Positions 39,398 to 49,348 of a DNA stretch of 64,000 nucleotides are shown here, in pieces. The stretch is from a virus (lineage: Duplodnaviria > Caudoviricetes). The stretch covers positions 918-64,917 of the IMG/VR virus record IMGVR_UViG_3300044833_000060; one strand, given 5' to 3'. The position numbers were made by a program, and so were the translations under genes. Each line of letters starts with the position of its first letter. The first letter of the stretch is position 1. Under the pieces are notes generated by a model. It did not search any database. It had not been told where the DNA came from and worked only from the letters and a program-made list of their open reading frames with translations.

Positions 39398-41004
39398 TGA
39401 GCACTCAGCCACTTTTCGATATGTCGAAGGCCACGCCGATCCCCGGCGCAGCGCAGCCCTTATTTGACATGAGTAAGGCTATGCCGATTGATCAGTCGCT
39501 ACTCGCTGGTCAGGGCTCAGGCACGCCTGCAAAACAACCTTCCGTCTGGCAAACTCTCACGCAACCGACTGATAAGACTGACAAGGAATATCTCGGCTAC
39601 ACAGGACCAGCAGGCGTAGCAGGCGCAACCGTCCACGGCCTCAGTGATGTAGCGCGTAGCACGATTGGGACTGCAAAGGGCGCGGTGAAAATGTTCGATC
39701 CGCATACGCAGCCCGGAGAAAACGCTTTTACCAGTCTGCCAATTGTGCGCGCACTCCGTCCATTTGTAGATGCGGCGAAGCAGATTCCGGAAATTCCGCA
39801 AGCGATCCGCGACATCAATGCCTCACCAGATCCAACCGGAGCCTACCTTAACGCCGCACAAGATACCGCTTCGCAGGGAGCTGGGCAAGCATTGACGGCG
39901 ATTGGAGCAGAGGCACTTCCGAAGGCTCTACCGGGAGCGGCAGAGATTGTAAAACGAACTGTGCCGCCAGTAGTAAGAGGGGTGGCAAAAGGAGCGAACA
40001 CAGTTCTGGCGAAAGCGCCAGGTGGTATCGGCCTTGCAGCAGGCGGCGCACTCGGCCACCTTACTAAGATTCCTTACGCGCCTGAAATTGGCGCGACTAT
40101 TGGGTATGGATTAGGACAAGAGTTACTGCCGAAATTGAAGGTTCCCGGTGAGAACTTTGGCCTCCCGAAGCCGATCTACCGTGGTGCGCCATTGCCTGCA
40201 TCTCCACCGACTGGCGAATTCGTAGACTCGCCGCCACAAGCAACAAATCAGCCTCGGGTCGCACCGTCGCAGGTAGTCGAACCTAAACTGCTTCCGGCAA
40301 CGGCTTCAGGTGCGAGTCGGAGAGTACCGGGAGATATCGCACCAGAAGACGTGAGCACGCCCGACACATCTACACTGGCAGGGAAAAAAGGCATTCGCAT
40401 TGTCCTGCCGGGTACGCCGAAACAACTTCCAGCAGCGACAGCAGAGGCTACTGCGGAAACTCCAACTACCACTTCCGCAGCGCCTAAACCTGCAACGTCG
40501 TCATTGGTTAGCGACCTTCTCAATCGCGGACTAGGGAACGAGCCACCGCCCAAGCCGATTCCTGGAAAGCCTATCTACATGCGGCCTTCTCCTCTGAAAT
40601 CTCCCGCGCCTGAGGCATCGCCTGTTCCAGAAGGCATGACTCCGGTGCAATCTTCAGGGATGAGAGCCTACAGTTACGACGAACCAAGTAAGACGTTCGC
40701 GGCGCAATGGCCTGACGGCTCGATTCATAAATATGGGGAAGTGACACCGGAAGAAGTTCAAGACTTCGAAGCTTCCGACAGCAAAGGGAGGGCGCTGCTA
40801 AAACTTAAAAATAATCACGTTCACGTCGCGGCGAATTACGGGCATGGATGGGTAAACAAAGCTTCGGCGATTCGTTCGGCTACACCAGAGCTAGCGACTA
40901 GCGCACCAGTTCCGAACTCGCCAACATCGGATGATCTGACCGGACTCCTTCAGCAATCCTTGGAGGCGGCGAAGAGTGGGAAAGGGAAGACGGTACGGCC
41001 TTGA
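39397..41004 (+). CDS. DNA ejection protein with C-terminal KTSC domain
   Basis: Twice-repeated PLFDMSKA.PI N-terminus; MTPVQSSGMRAYSYDEPSKTFAAQWPDGSIHKY.EV..E....F..SDSKGR. Confidence 0.65.
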   Translation: MSTQPLFDMSKATPIPGAAQPLFDMSKAMPIDQSLLAGQGSGTPAKQPSVWQTLTQPTDKTDKEYLGYTGPAGVAGATVHGLSDVARSTIGTAKGAVKMFDPHTQPGENAFTSLPIVRALRPFVDAAKQIPEIPQAIRDINASPDPTGAYLNAAQDTASQGAGQALTAIGAEALPKALPGAAEIVKRTVPPVVRGVAKGANTVLAKAPGGIGLAAGGALGHLTKIPYAPEIGATIGYGLGQELLPKLKVPGENFGLPKPIYRGAPLPASPPTGEFVDSPPQATNQPRVAPSQVVEPKLLPATASGASRRVPGDIAPEDVSTPDTSTLAGKKGIRIVLPGTPKQLPAATAEATAETPTTTSAAPKPATSSLVSDLLNRGLGNEPPPKPIPGKPIYMRPSPLKSPAPEASPVPEGMTPVQSSGMRAYSYDEPSKTFAAQWPDGSIHKYGEVTPEEVQDFEASDSKGRALLKLKNNHVHVAANYGHGWVNKASAIRSATPELATSAPVPNSPTSDDLTGLLQQSLEAAKSGKGKTVRP

Positions 41005-41113
41005 GTTTGGTGGCTTGCTTGAGTAATCTGCGCTTCTTGAGCCATGGTGCGACGGCAACTTCCCAGATACCTACGAATACAGCAAGCAACATAACGGTTT
41101 GCATTTCTGTCAT
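40898..41113 (-). CDS. Small antisense membrane protein (superinfection-exclusion-like position)
   Basis: VMLLAVFVGIWEVAVAPW TM followed by KKRR; GAGG upstream. Confidence 0.4.
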   Translation of the reverse strand: MTEMQTVMLLAVFVGIWEVAVAPWLKKRRLLKQATKLKAVPSSLSHSSPPPRIAEGVRSDHPMLASSELVR

Positions 41114-41488
41114 ACGAACCTCATTCCACACTACAAGGCAAGCGTTTGGCATGTTCCTCTATTTCCCGATGTCTGACAAGTCACTTCCAAGCCAAGAGAC
41201 GAAAAGGCGAAAGGTAAGGGCTTAGCTCCGTGGGAGGTATTCCAGCTCGCAACTTTCCCTTCCCCTCAGCCATTGGGAACTCGCAGAACGTTTCACCCTT
41301 GGTTACTCCCCAAGCGCCTACACCGAATGGTTCGGGAATGAATGCGGCTCAAGCATCACCTGGAATTCCTTCGACTCCGAACGCGCCAACCATGCCAATT
41401 GCTTCACCAGTGCGAAATCCAATTAGTCCGGTGCGCATGCCGTCGCCTGTTTTCTACGGATAGATAAAACTCCGATCCCACAATTCTC

Positions 41489-42244
41489 ATGAAACTTAAA
41501 CGCATCCTTGCAGTCATTGCGCTGTCGTCCGTCTCCTTATGTTGGGCGGCTGGACCATCTCCATTACCTGCTGGTTTAGTTTCGCCATTTCCCCAGCCGC
41601 CAAATTCTACACTTTCAAATGGACTGATGATTGATTCCTCGGGGAACATCATCATTGCGGCGGCAGGCGGTACTCCTAACATCATTACCAGTCTCGGATT
41701 CCCGCTGGACTCGTCGGGCAGGTTGCTTGTTAACTGTGCGACCGGGTGCGGCGTTAGCTTCACTCCTCTTTATCCAGAAGGCTACCTTTCGTGGCAGCCG
41801 GGTACTCTGTACCCTCAGGCGCTTTCTGGAACGTGCGTGTTCGCAGCAGCGACGACTTGCACTATCGCCTACCCAACCACATTCGCATCAGTTCCCGTCG
41901 TCAACATCACGCCTGTCAATCCGGGCGCGGTGACCTTCACAGTCACAACGAGCAGCACGACCCAGATCGTAATTACAGGTAGCGGATCAAATTCGCTCAC
42001 GGTTAATTATTCAGCCACCCTGCCATCAGGAATCAACTGCTCCACAAATACCTTTACTCTGACCGGCGCTCGACAGAATCTCGACTTTGTGACCCCGCTG
42101 TGGCCGTCCGCGCTTCCCGCAAATCTGTCTGCAATAATGCGTGCCTCTGCCAGCGACACTATCGAAGTTCGTCTATGTAATCCCACTGCGGCGACCATAA
42201 CTTTCAGCGCAGCACTGACCTTTGGAGCGAAATTATTCCGATGA
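41489..42244 (+). CDS. Exported fibre-like beta protein
   Basis: Signal peptide MKLKRILAVIALSSVSLCWA|A; T.TIAYP..F...PVV.ITP (H-lectin-like) and IEVRLCN.T motifs. Confidence 0.65.
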   Translation: MKLKRILAVIALSSVSLCWAAGPSPLPAGLVSPFPQPPNSTLSNGLMIDSSGNIIIAAAGGTPNIITSLGFPLDSSGRLLVNCATGCGVSFTPLYPEGYLSWQPGTLYPQALSGTCVFAAATTCTIAYPTTFASVPVVNITPVNPGAVTFTVTTSSTTQIVITGSGSNSLTVNYSATLPSGINCSTNTFTLTGARQNLDFVTPLWPSALPANLSAIMRASASDTIEVRLCNPTAATITFSAALTFGAKLFR

Positions 42245-43965
42245 GAAAATCCCTTATTGTATTCGCAACACTGTTGCTGTCAGGCGTGCTTCAGGCGCAG
42301 CTCCCGACCGCTGGATTAGTCGCACAGTACGACATGCTGACCGCTGTTAGTACGTCACTGACCGACCTTTCCGGAAACGGAAATAACGGAACCATTGTCG
42401 GCACGACGACTACGGCGCAAGGTCGCGTGTGTAACGGCTCGTCAGATTACGTTTCGATGCCGCTTTTAATTGCGAACTCTGATTTCACTGTTATTGTCGC
42501 GGCTACTGGCAACAACCCCAGCACCGGCGGCGCGACCTGGGGGGAGAGTAATGCATCGGCTAGCCAGTTCGTGCGCTTTGGAACGTCTGCGGGCACCTGG
42601 ACCGCATTAAAAGGGAACAGTGCGACCACGAATCTCACGGTCACGGTTCCAGATAAACGACCTGACTGGGATATGTTCTTCGCGTCCCGATCTCAAAGCC
42701 AAATAAGTGGGGGGATGCTGAGTCGAGCGAACGCTACCCAAACTGCCGTCAATGCGGTCCTCGGAACAGTTACGGTCAGCGGCGGCGGTGCGGCTATTTG
42801 CGCACTGAATGAAGGCGCGTCTCGCGTCAATTTCTGGGCAGGCACGATTGGTTATTTCGTGCTCTACAACCGGCACTTGAGCACAACCGAATTGCAGGCG
42901 GCTTATGTTGCCGTAGCAACCGCGGTTTATTCACGCAGCGTTTTCGTTCACCCCTGGCCGCCGAGCGTCCTTCCTGTATACACAAATCCGGTCTGGCAGA
43001 GACAGGGCGTCGTATTCAGTCTCGCAACCTCCGGCGCTGGTTTCACGACTGGAGAGCCATTGGCTCTCTATGACACCACTTGTCCGCAACTCTCGATATC
43101 TACCTGTTTCCGTCTGTGGTACTCAACGGCTGGCGAAACCACCATCGGGTACGCGGAATCACCGGACGGTTTCAAGTGGACCAATCATGGTGCGGCGGGA
43201 AGTTCGGTCTTGACTAGCTGCGTTGCAGCAAGCGTTTTAAAAGTGGCATCCACCTACCACATGTACTGTGGCCGAGCGCAAAACACCGGGCCGATTGACC
43301 ACTACACATCGCCCGATGGAATTACTTGGACCATCGCAGATTCTGGCGTAATCGCGCTCGGTTCAGCAGCGGCTTGGGACGACCTTGGCGTCGCCAATGC
43401 TTCGGTTCAGTACAGCCCCGATGGAAGCGGGACTTGGTACATGCTATACGGCGGCGACTCGGATGGGACGGGCATCTGGACTGGATTTGGAGGTTGGAGA
43501 ACCGGCGGCGCGACATCGCCTGATGGCCACACCTGGACCAAACTGGCGGCGAACCCCACGATTGGACAAGCCGACGTGTTCTATCCATCCCATGCAGGAT
43601 TCGCTTGTTGCGGCAATCCCAACTTCTTTTACATCAATGGCGGGTGGTGGGATTGGGATGGCTCTTACGGAATCGTGCGCTTTGCCTCGCCAGTCTTCAA
43701 CGGACTGTGGATCTGGAGCCAGCCCCATGCCTCTCTGCTGGAGGCTTCTGCCGATGAGTCGAACCAGTTGGCAGACCCCTCTCTCCTGCAAGCCGCGTGC
43801 CCCAGTGCGATCAACTCCGTTACGGGATCGCAATGCACGTTCATGTTTTATACGAGCTACTCGACTAACAGCGTGGGGACATCCGTCATTAAGCTCGCTA
43901 TCGCCAACATGCCGATGTCTCAGCTAGTGACCACGGCGGAAGGGGCAACGACGGACTGGCCATGA
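42241..43965 (+). CDS. Exported LamG-like plus five-bladed beta-propeller glycoside hydrolase-like (GH43/32/130 clan) protein
   Basis: Signal peptide ...GVLQA|Q; LTDLSGNGNNGT...LYNRHLSTTE; repeated (IGYAE/HYT/GGAT)SPDG..WT Asp-box-like motifs; WDD..VANASV. Confidence 0.75.
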   Translation: MRKSLIVFATLLLSGVLQAQLPTAGLVAQYDMLTAVSTSLTDLSGNGNNGTIVGTTTTAQGRVCNGSSDYVSMPLLIANSDFTVIVAATGNNPSTGGATWGESNASASQFVRFGTSAGTWTALKGNSATTNLTVTVPDKRPDWDMFFASRSQSQISGGMLSRANATQTAVNAVLGTVTVSGGGAAICALNEGASRVNFWAGTIGYFVLYNRHLSTTELQAAYVAVATAVYSRSVFVHPWPPSVLPVYTNPVWQRQGVVFSLATSGAGFTTGEPLALYDTTCPQLSISTCFRLWYSTAGETTIGYAESPDGFKWTNHGAAGSSVLTSCVAASVLKVASTYHMYCGRAQNTGPIDHYTSPDGITWTIADSGVIALGSAAAWDDLGVANASVQYSPDGSGTWYMLYGGDSDGTGIWTGFGGWRTGGATSPDGHTWTKLAANPTIGQADVFYPSHAGFACCGNPNFFYINGGWWDWDGSYGIVRFASPVFNGLWIWSQPHASLLEASADESNQLADPSLLQAACPSAINSVTGSQCTFMFYTSYSTNSVGTSVIKLAIANMPMSQLVTTAEGATTDWP

Positions 43966-44058
43966 CACTCATGCCGGAAGAAAATCGCCGCGCTGTACAC
44001 AACGGCACTCGCGGTGTCTCGTTTGACGAGAAACTCTCCACACTTCGCGCAGTGGACT

Positions 44059-45153
44059 TTAAAGGTCCCGTCGCGCTGTTTGTAGACGTTGTAGTTGTTC
44101 TCGGTGCCCATCATGGCCTGAAAGTATAACACGCTGGCCCATGACCCAATCTCGCACCCATCGGCTCGGAGTTTCGATCAGGTACCACGACAACAAGGCG
44201 CACGCAAAAGCGGCTATCAGTGCGGGGATTACCCTGTGCGTTGATTCGGACAGGAAAGGTTGCTGCCAGAGATACAGACTGTAAGAAATCGTTCCCAGAT
44301 AGGCGATGGGCTTCCAGTTTAAAACCCGCCCCGCCGAACAGTCTGGATTGCGAATTACGTAGAACATGATGTAAGCGATGGCGAAGTTTTCAAGCGACAA
44401 GCCGAGCGGTAAGGAATACCAGCCGCGAAAGCGCAGCGCGATCGCAGGGGAAAGCAGAAACAGGAATGCAACGCAACCAAAAGCAGTCCAGCCACTCTCG
44501 GCTTTTCGCCAGAATGCTTGGAACGATTGCTTCGGTTGCAGAAGCGCCAACAATGAACCCGTCATCAATCCGTCCACGCGAAAGTGAAACATGTAGTTGT
44601 CGAACGGGCCGTGATTCCAAACGCCATGGCTGATCGTGCGGATTACTGGAATGCTGGCGATGAGTACTATTGCTACCTTCAACCCTTTGTGTCGTCCTAG
44701 CATCGCGAGTGCAAATGGCCACAGCAAATAAAACTGTTCCTCAATCGAGAGCGACCAACTGTGTCCAGTGGCCCAATCCCATGGAACCGGCGCATAGTCA
44801 CGAACAAACAATAACGAAGCCAGCCACGGTCCCCAATGCGAAGTCAGCCAGCCGAGGTGCGACACCAGAAGAACGACGAACAAGTACACATAAAACGGCG
44901 GGACGATACGAAACAACCGGCGCACATAGAAATCACGAAGGCTTATATGTCCGGACTTGTCTTCTTCGCGGAGAAGCAGACTTGTGATTAAGAACCCGCT
45001 AATGACAAAGAAAATGGAAACACCGAGATCACCCCGTCCGACGAAATTCCAAAGATGTGTTTTGGTGATCGGCACTCCAGCCATCGCATGCGAGAACACC
45101 ACAAGGGCAATTGACGCTGCTCGAAGGCCATCTAGCGATGGGATACGCATCAT
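44059..45153 (-). CDS. Acyltransferase-3 (OafA-like) O-acetyltransferase, antisense moron
   Basis: RIPSLDGLRA..IALVVFSH...GVSIFFVISGFLIT...FYVRRLFRI.P...HSWSLSIEEQFYLLWP...LGTISYSLYLWQ. Confidence 0.93.
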   Translation of the reverse strand: MMRIPSLDGLRAASIALVVFSHAMAGVPITKTHLWNFVGRGDLGVSIFFVISGFLITSLLLREEDKSGHISLRDFYVRRLFRIVPPFYVYLFVVLLVSHLGWLTSHWGPWLASLLFVRDYAPVPWDWATGHSWSLSIEEQFYLLWPFALAMLGRHKGLKVAIVLIASIPVIRTISHGVWNHGPFDNYMFHFRVDGLMTGSLLALLQPKQSFQAFWRKAESGWTAFGCVAFLFLLSPAIALRFRGWYSLPLGLSLENFAIAYIMFYVIRNPDCSAGRVLNWKPIAYLGTISYSLYLWQQPFLSESTHRVIPALIAAFACALLSWYLIETPSRWVRDWVMGQRVILSGHDGHREQLQRLQTARRDL

Positions 45154-45161
45154 GGCGGAAA

Positions 45162-45170
45162 AGTATAGCA
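45162..45170 (-). promoter_or_regulatory. Extended -10 promoter of the acyltransferase moron
   Basis: TG-C-TATACT lying 8 nt upstream of ATG 45153. Confidence 0.5.
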
Positions 45171-45203
45171 CTCCTCAGTTCTCCTAAACCAATTCCACAT
45201 TCC

Positions 45204-47819
45204 ATGCGAAAACTCTTTAGCATCTTCCTGCTCTTGTGGGCCGCTTCAGCCTGCGCGCAAACAGTCCCCGTCACGGCCAAATTGACGGATGGCAGCGGCA
45301 ATCCAGTACCGGGAGCTTATCTTCATTTTGAACTCTACAACTGCGGAAATAACTACCCCTCCGTTCGCAGTGCTGGATTAGTGGTAGTCCAGAGATCGTT
45401 CGACCTACAGCCGAACTCCGCTGGAATAGTTTCGGGTGTCATCACACCCAATGATCTGATCCTATGCGGAAATGTGACTTCCACTTTGTGGACCGTAACG
45501 CTCATGAAGAGTGGGGCCATTCCTCTAAATGCAGCGCAGCGCTACAACATCTGCTCGTCTACCGAAAGCGGTCCGCCTTGCGCGCAATCTAGTCGCGGCG
45601 CGGCTTTTGACCCTTCTTCGGCTCAGCCGGCGCAGGTCGTTTCTGGACTTGTAAATTACATTCCTCAGCCCCCCGGCTACATCCTGCTGTTCGCTAATCC
45701 AAATAACAATCAAACGTGGCAGCAGCCTCTTGGCACAACTGGATACTTCAAGGGGATGTTTGATTTCTCGGGAGCCACAGTAACCGGATTGCCGAGTGGC
45801 GGTGGCGGTGGTGGTGGAAGTTCTACCCCGAATCCTTATGTCTCTTTCACCAATGCTCTAAGCGTTAATCTAGCAACTGGCCTGAATACTCCAGCGCTGA
45901 TTCCGGCTTGCTGGGATTCCAATAACAACTGGTTCTTTCCCGCCAGCGCTCATCAGAACCCATCGACCTCGGTAGTTACCTTCACCTTCGCTACCAATCA
46001 AAGCGGGATCTGTGGAGTGAATGGGACAGGCGGCGGTAGCGGTGGGGGAGGAAGTGGGCCACTTTTAAACGGCACGCAATATGTCGGACTCGGGACTAAC
46101 AGCAATATTGCCACGACCGTCGTAAATGCTGGGACGAACAACGACATTGTAATTCCAGCGAATTATTTAGGAACTGACAGTTTCCCTTATGTCAATACCT
46201 TCAATGCGCCGATCCGGGACAATCGTTTCGGCGTAGCCTCAAATCCTGCTAATCACCTCAGTTACGCGAACAATAGCGAATTCTTCCAGTTGTTCGATGC
46301 TTCTCCGGTCAGCAATGACAACTGCTGCGGATGGGGCGGGCCTCCGGGAGTGGGGAATGCGGCTCCAATGGTCCACTACCATCTGACGGAATCAGGCGCT
46401 GCGAACGCAATGCCTTTAATGGTGGAGAGTGAGTGGGCTTCAGGTGCAACTGGGTTTCAGATTGGTTTTGACTTCGCAACAATTGCTGACAGCGGCTCTC
46501 TTCCTCAGCAATTTTCAAATGTTTTCGTGTTGGCTGACAACTCGGGCTGGACGATTAACTCCTGCACGCTCGTGACTGGAGTCGATACCTGTTCGCTATT
46601 GGGCGCGACCCTTACGGCTGGGCAGCAGGCTGCTCTCGCGGGTAACGGCGTATATGTTTCCGGAAATTCAGCGGCGAACACGGGCGGGGTAACAGGCGTG
46701 ATTACGGGAACGACTGGCACGACTATTACCTTTACAAATGCAAATCAAGTGGGATCTGGCGGCCCCGTGTCTGGCGGAACTATCGCGCCCAATCACTTAG
46801 CCTGGGGAACGGAATGGAATATCTTCAACAACAATCACGATCCTGGGGCAACCACGCCCACCAGCGCACAGAACGTTTTCCCCTTCCATGGATTGACGGT
46901 TACTCCGAGTGGCACTTTTCCGCTGTCAGAAGCTTTTTACGGCGGCGGCGGTGCTTACGCGACCTTCCGCAGCGACAACGCTATTACGGCGGACTTTATG
47001 GCTGGCACGCCAGTCGTAGGTGGGCCGCTGCTTTCAATCGTCGGTTTTGAAGCTCGGCCGCGGCAAGTAGCGACCGCAGGGAACAATTACCCTAGCAAAG
47101 CTATTGCGCTCGACATGAGCGGGTGGAACGGATCTAGTTACTCAGAATCACAGAACCTAATCAAGCGCACTCCGCAGTCGAGCGCGACCAATTCAGCCGG
47201 ACAGTTGTCCTTTATTACTCCACTTACCACCGTCAATCTATTAGACAGCGGCCAATGGCTACCTCCGAATCAGACAGTAGCCGCTCCCGCCTATTCGTTT
47301 GCCGGGAACCCAACTTCAGGATTTGGCATTGATGTCGGAGCCCAGCCGGAAGTATCAGTGAATGGTGTGGAAGTTGCGAGTTTCTCTGGGGTTGGTATGA
47401 ACGCACTGTCCATTTCCACTGGCAGCGGGGCGGGCGGAACAGTCAACCTCGGCTACCTCCTAATGAACGGCTCGGCCCCGACCTGCACATTTACCTCGGG
47501 TGGCGGAACTTCTCCTACCTGCACGCTTGATACGGGATCGGCAAACGGTGCAGGGATCATCATCGCAACGACCGGTACGGGTTCGCCGGCAGCTACCGGC
47601 ACAATCACGCTGTTCTTCAACGGCACCATGGGCAACCACAATCCGGTCTGTCAGTACGAAGCGAGCGACAACGTAGGCGCATGGCAAGCCCTAGCTGTGT
47701 TCAAGGACAAGGGACCGAGTACATCAAGCGACCTTTTCACTTGGACGAATGGTGTGACTCCCACCGCTCTGACTGCTTCTACCGCCTACTGGATCAATTA
47801 TCAATGCGTAGCCAAATAA
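45204..47819 (+). CDS. Exported tail-fibre/spike-like protein
   Basis: Signal peptide MRKLFSIFLLLWAASACA|Q; VTAKLTDGSG.P...FEL...G.ITPND.I....T.W fibre N-terminal-like domain; poly-Gly linkers; APAYSFAG..TSG. Confidence 0.65.
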   Translation: MRKLFSIFLLLWAASACAQTVPVTAKLTDGSGNPVPGAYLHFELYNCGNNYPSVRSAGLVVVQRSFDLQPNSAGIVSGVITPNDLILCGNVTSTLWTVTLMKSGAIPLNAAQRYNICSSTESGPPCAQSSRGAAFDPSSAQPAQVVSGLVNYIPQPPGYILLFANPNNNQTWQQPLGTTGYFKGMFDFSGATVTGLPSGGGGGGGSSTPNPYVSFTNALSVNLATGLNTPALIPACWDSNNNWFFPASAHQNPSTSVVTFTFATNQSGICGVNGTGGGSGGGGSGPLLNGTQYVGLGTNSNIATTVVNAGTNNDIVIPANYLGTDSFPYVNTFNAPIRDNRFGVASNPANHLSYANNSEFFQLFDASPVSNDNCCGWGGPPGVGNAAPMVHYHLTESGAANAMPLMVESEWASGATGFQIGFDFATIADSGSLPQQFSNVFVLADNSGWTINSCTLVTGVDTCSLLGATLTAGQQAALAGNGVYVSGNSAANTGGVTGVITGTTGTTITFTNANQVGSGGPVSGGTIAPNHLAWGTEWNIFNNNHDPGATTPTSAQNVFPFHGLTVTPSGTFPLSEAFYGGGGAYATFRSDNAITADFMAGTPVVGGPLLSIVGFEARPRQVATAGNNYPSKAIALDMSGWNGSSYSESQNLIKRTPQSSATNSAGQLSFITPLTTVNLLDSGQWLPPNQTVAAPAYSFAGNPTSGFGIDVGAQPEVSVNGVEVASFSGVGMNALSISTGSGAGGTVNLGYLLMNGSAPTCTFTSGGGTSPTCTLDTGSANGAGIIIATTGTGSPAATGTITLFFNGTMGNHNPVCQYEASDNVGAWQALAVFKDKGPSTSSDLFTWTNGVTPTALTASTAYWINYQCVAK

Positions 47820-49348
47820 TCCTCATCATCGCGAGTCTCGTCTTAGTAGGCTCAGCTTTCGGGCAGCACACGAACAACAATACCTCGTCGTGCGCAGATT
47901 CGACTTCGCCCTGTAATGGAGTGGGCGTACAGCCATTCCTGAGTAACCCCGCTGATACCGGAGACGAAACCCCAACCGTTAACCCATTAGCGAGCTTCGT
48001 TTCTACCCTTCCAATTAAGTCCTTGCTCTACCCGAGCGCAACTACTCGGGTTGCTTGCGAAGACCAGCCGTGGTTCTTGAACACTGGCGGCTTTAACGGC
48101 CACAAAAACATAGGCATGGACGAAAGCAACCTCGCGCAGAGATTAGAGCAAGCAACAGCCATGAAGACGGCTGGCTGCGACTTGATGATCGAAGATTATT
48201 ACGGTTGCGCAGGCTCCTGTGGCCAGCCTCCCGCGCACAACTTTGAACTCTCGGCGACGACGGGATTCGTTGCTGGCATCGCCGCCAATCCCACTACTAC
48301 CCCGAAGTTTGCCATCATGATCGACGGAGGAGCGATCAGCGGCTCTGGCACTGGTCAGTGTCCAAGTTCCAGTTCGCCTTCGGAAACCTGCATAGAAGCC
48401 GCGCTTAACGCACAGCTTGACTACATGTGCGTGAACTGGCTCTATCAACCCTACTACGAGACGAATGTGAACAATGGTCATCCCATTGTTCTTTACTTCC
48501 TAAGTCAGTCGGCAACCTGGTCAGGCACGAACTTCAATACCGTCTTTGGAGTAGTAGCGGCACACGCCACTGCCGGAAACTCTTGCGGCTCTGGCCACAC
48601 TTACACCGCGACCGTAGATTTCCTCGACGAGAATTCAGGAGCATTTAGCGAGACTGGCATCGCTGGCGGGTATGCTTGGCCCCAGCCGAATACCTACTCG
48701 ATCACGAATCAGTTTCACTGGCAAGGGCCGGGGTCGTTCGATTACCTCGCTGACTTTTATTCTCATGCCCGGTCGAATCCAACAAAGATCGCGATGGGCG
48801 TTCTCTATAAAGGATTCAATGACCACGGGGCGAGTTGGGGATCGAATCGGACAATTGCCCAACAGTGCGGCGGGGTTCTCGGCCTAACTGCGGCCAAGAT
48901 TGGCGCTTCGGGCTATAACTCATCCAGTCAGTTGCAATACGTTCAAGTGGCCACATGGAACGACTACGAAGAGGGAACGGAAATAGAAACCGGACTCGAC
49001 AACTGCATAACCATCGGAACGCCAACTATTGCTGGTGGAACGATATCGTGGCCGCTTATCAAAAGCGACACGACCTACGCATCGACCTCAACCATCAGCA
49101 GCTTTCAAATCTGGACCGGAACGACAATCCCGACCACTCTCTTCGCTTCGGGAATCTCTCCGTCAGTTACCTCAATCACCTCCCCTACCTTGTCCACTGG
49201 ACAAAGTGCATGGGTCTATGCGGTCGGCGGACCATTGATCCAGAACCGGTTATCGCTCCCATCGGCAGCACCAAGCGGAGTTTGTAAAGGCGTCACCTTT
49301 ACCGGGGGAATCACTACTACCGGCGGAATCATAATCCCATGCATGTAA
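47804..49348 (+). CDS. Exported GH71/GH99-like glycoside hydrolase
   Basis: Signal peptide MRSQIILIIASLVLVGSAFG|Q; KFAIMID...YKGFND..ASW..NR...VQVATWNDYEEGTEIE. Confidence 0.75.
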   Translation: MRSQIILIIASLVLVGSAFGQHTNNNTSSCADSTSPCNGVGVQPFLSNPADTGDETPTVNPLASFVSTLPIKSLLYPSATTRVACEDQPWFLNTGGFNGHKNIGMDESNLAQRLEQATAMKTAGCDLMIEDYYGCAGSCGQPPAHNFELSATTGFVAGIAANPTTTPKFAIMIDGGAISGSGTGQCPSSSSPSETCIEAALNAQLDYMCVNWLYQPYYETNVNNGHPIVLYFLSQSATWSGTNFNTVFGVVAAHATAGNSCGSGHTYTATVDFLDENSGAFSETGIAGGYAWPQPNTYSITNQFHWQGPGSFDYLADFYSHARSNPTKIAMGVLYKGFNDHGASWGSNRTIAQQCGGVLGLTAAKIGASGYNSSSQLQYVQVATWNDYEEGTEIETGLDNCITIGTPTIAGGTISWPLIKSDTTYASTSTISSFQIWTGTTIPTTLFASGISPSVTSITSPTLSTGQSAWVYAVGGPLIQNRLSLPSAAPSGVCKGVTFTGGITTTGGIIIPCM

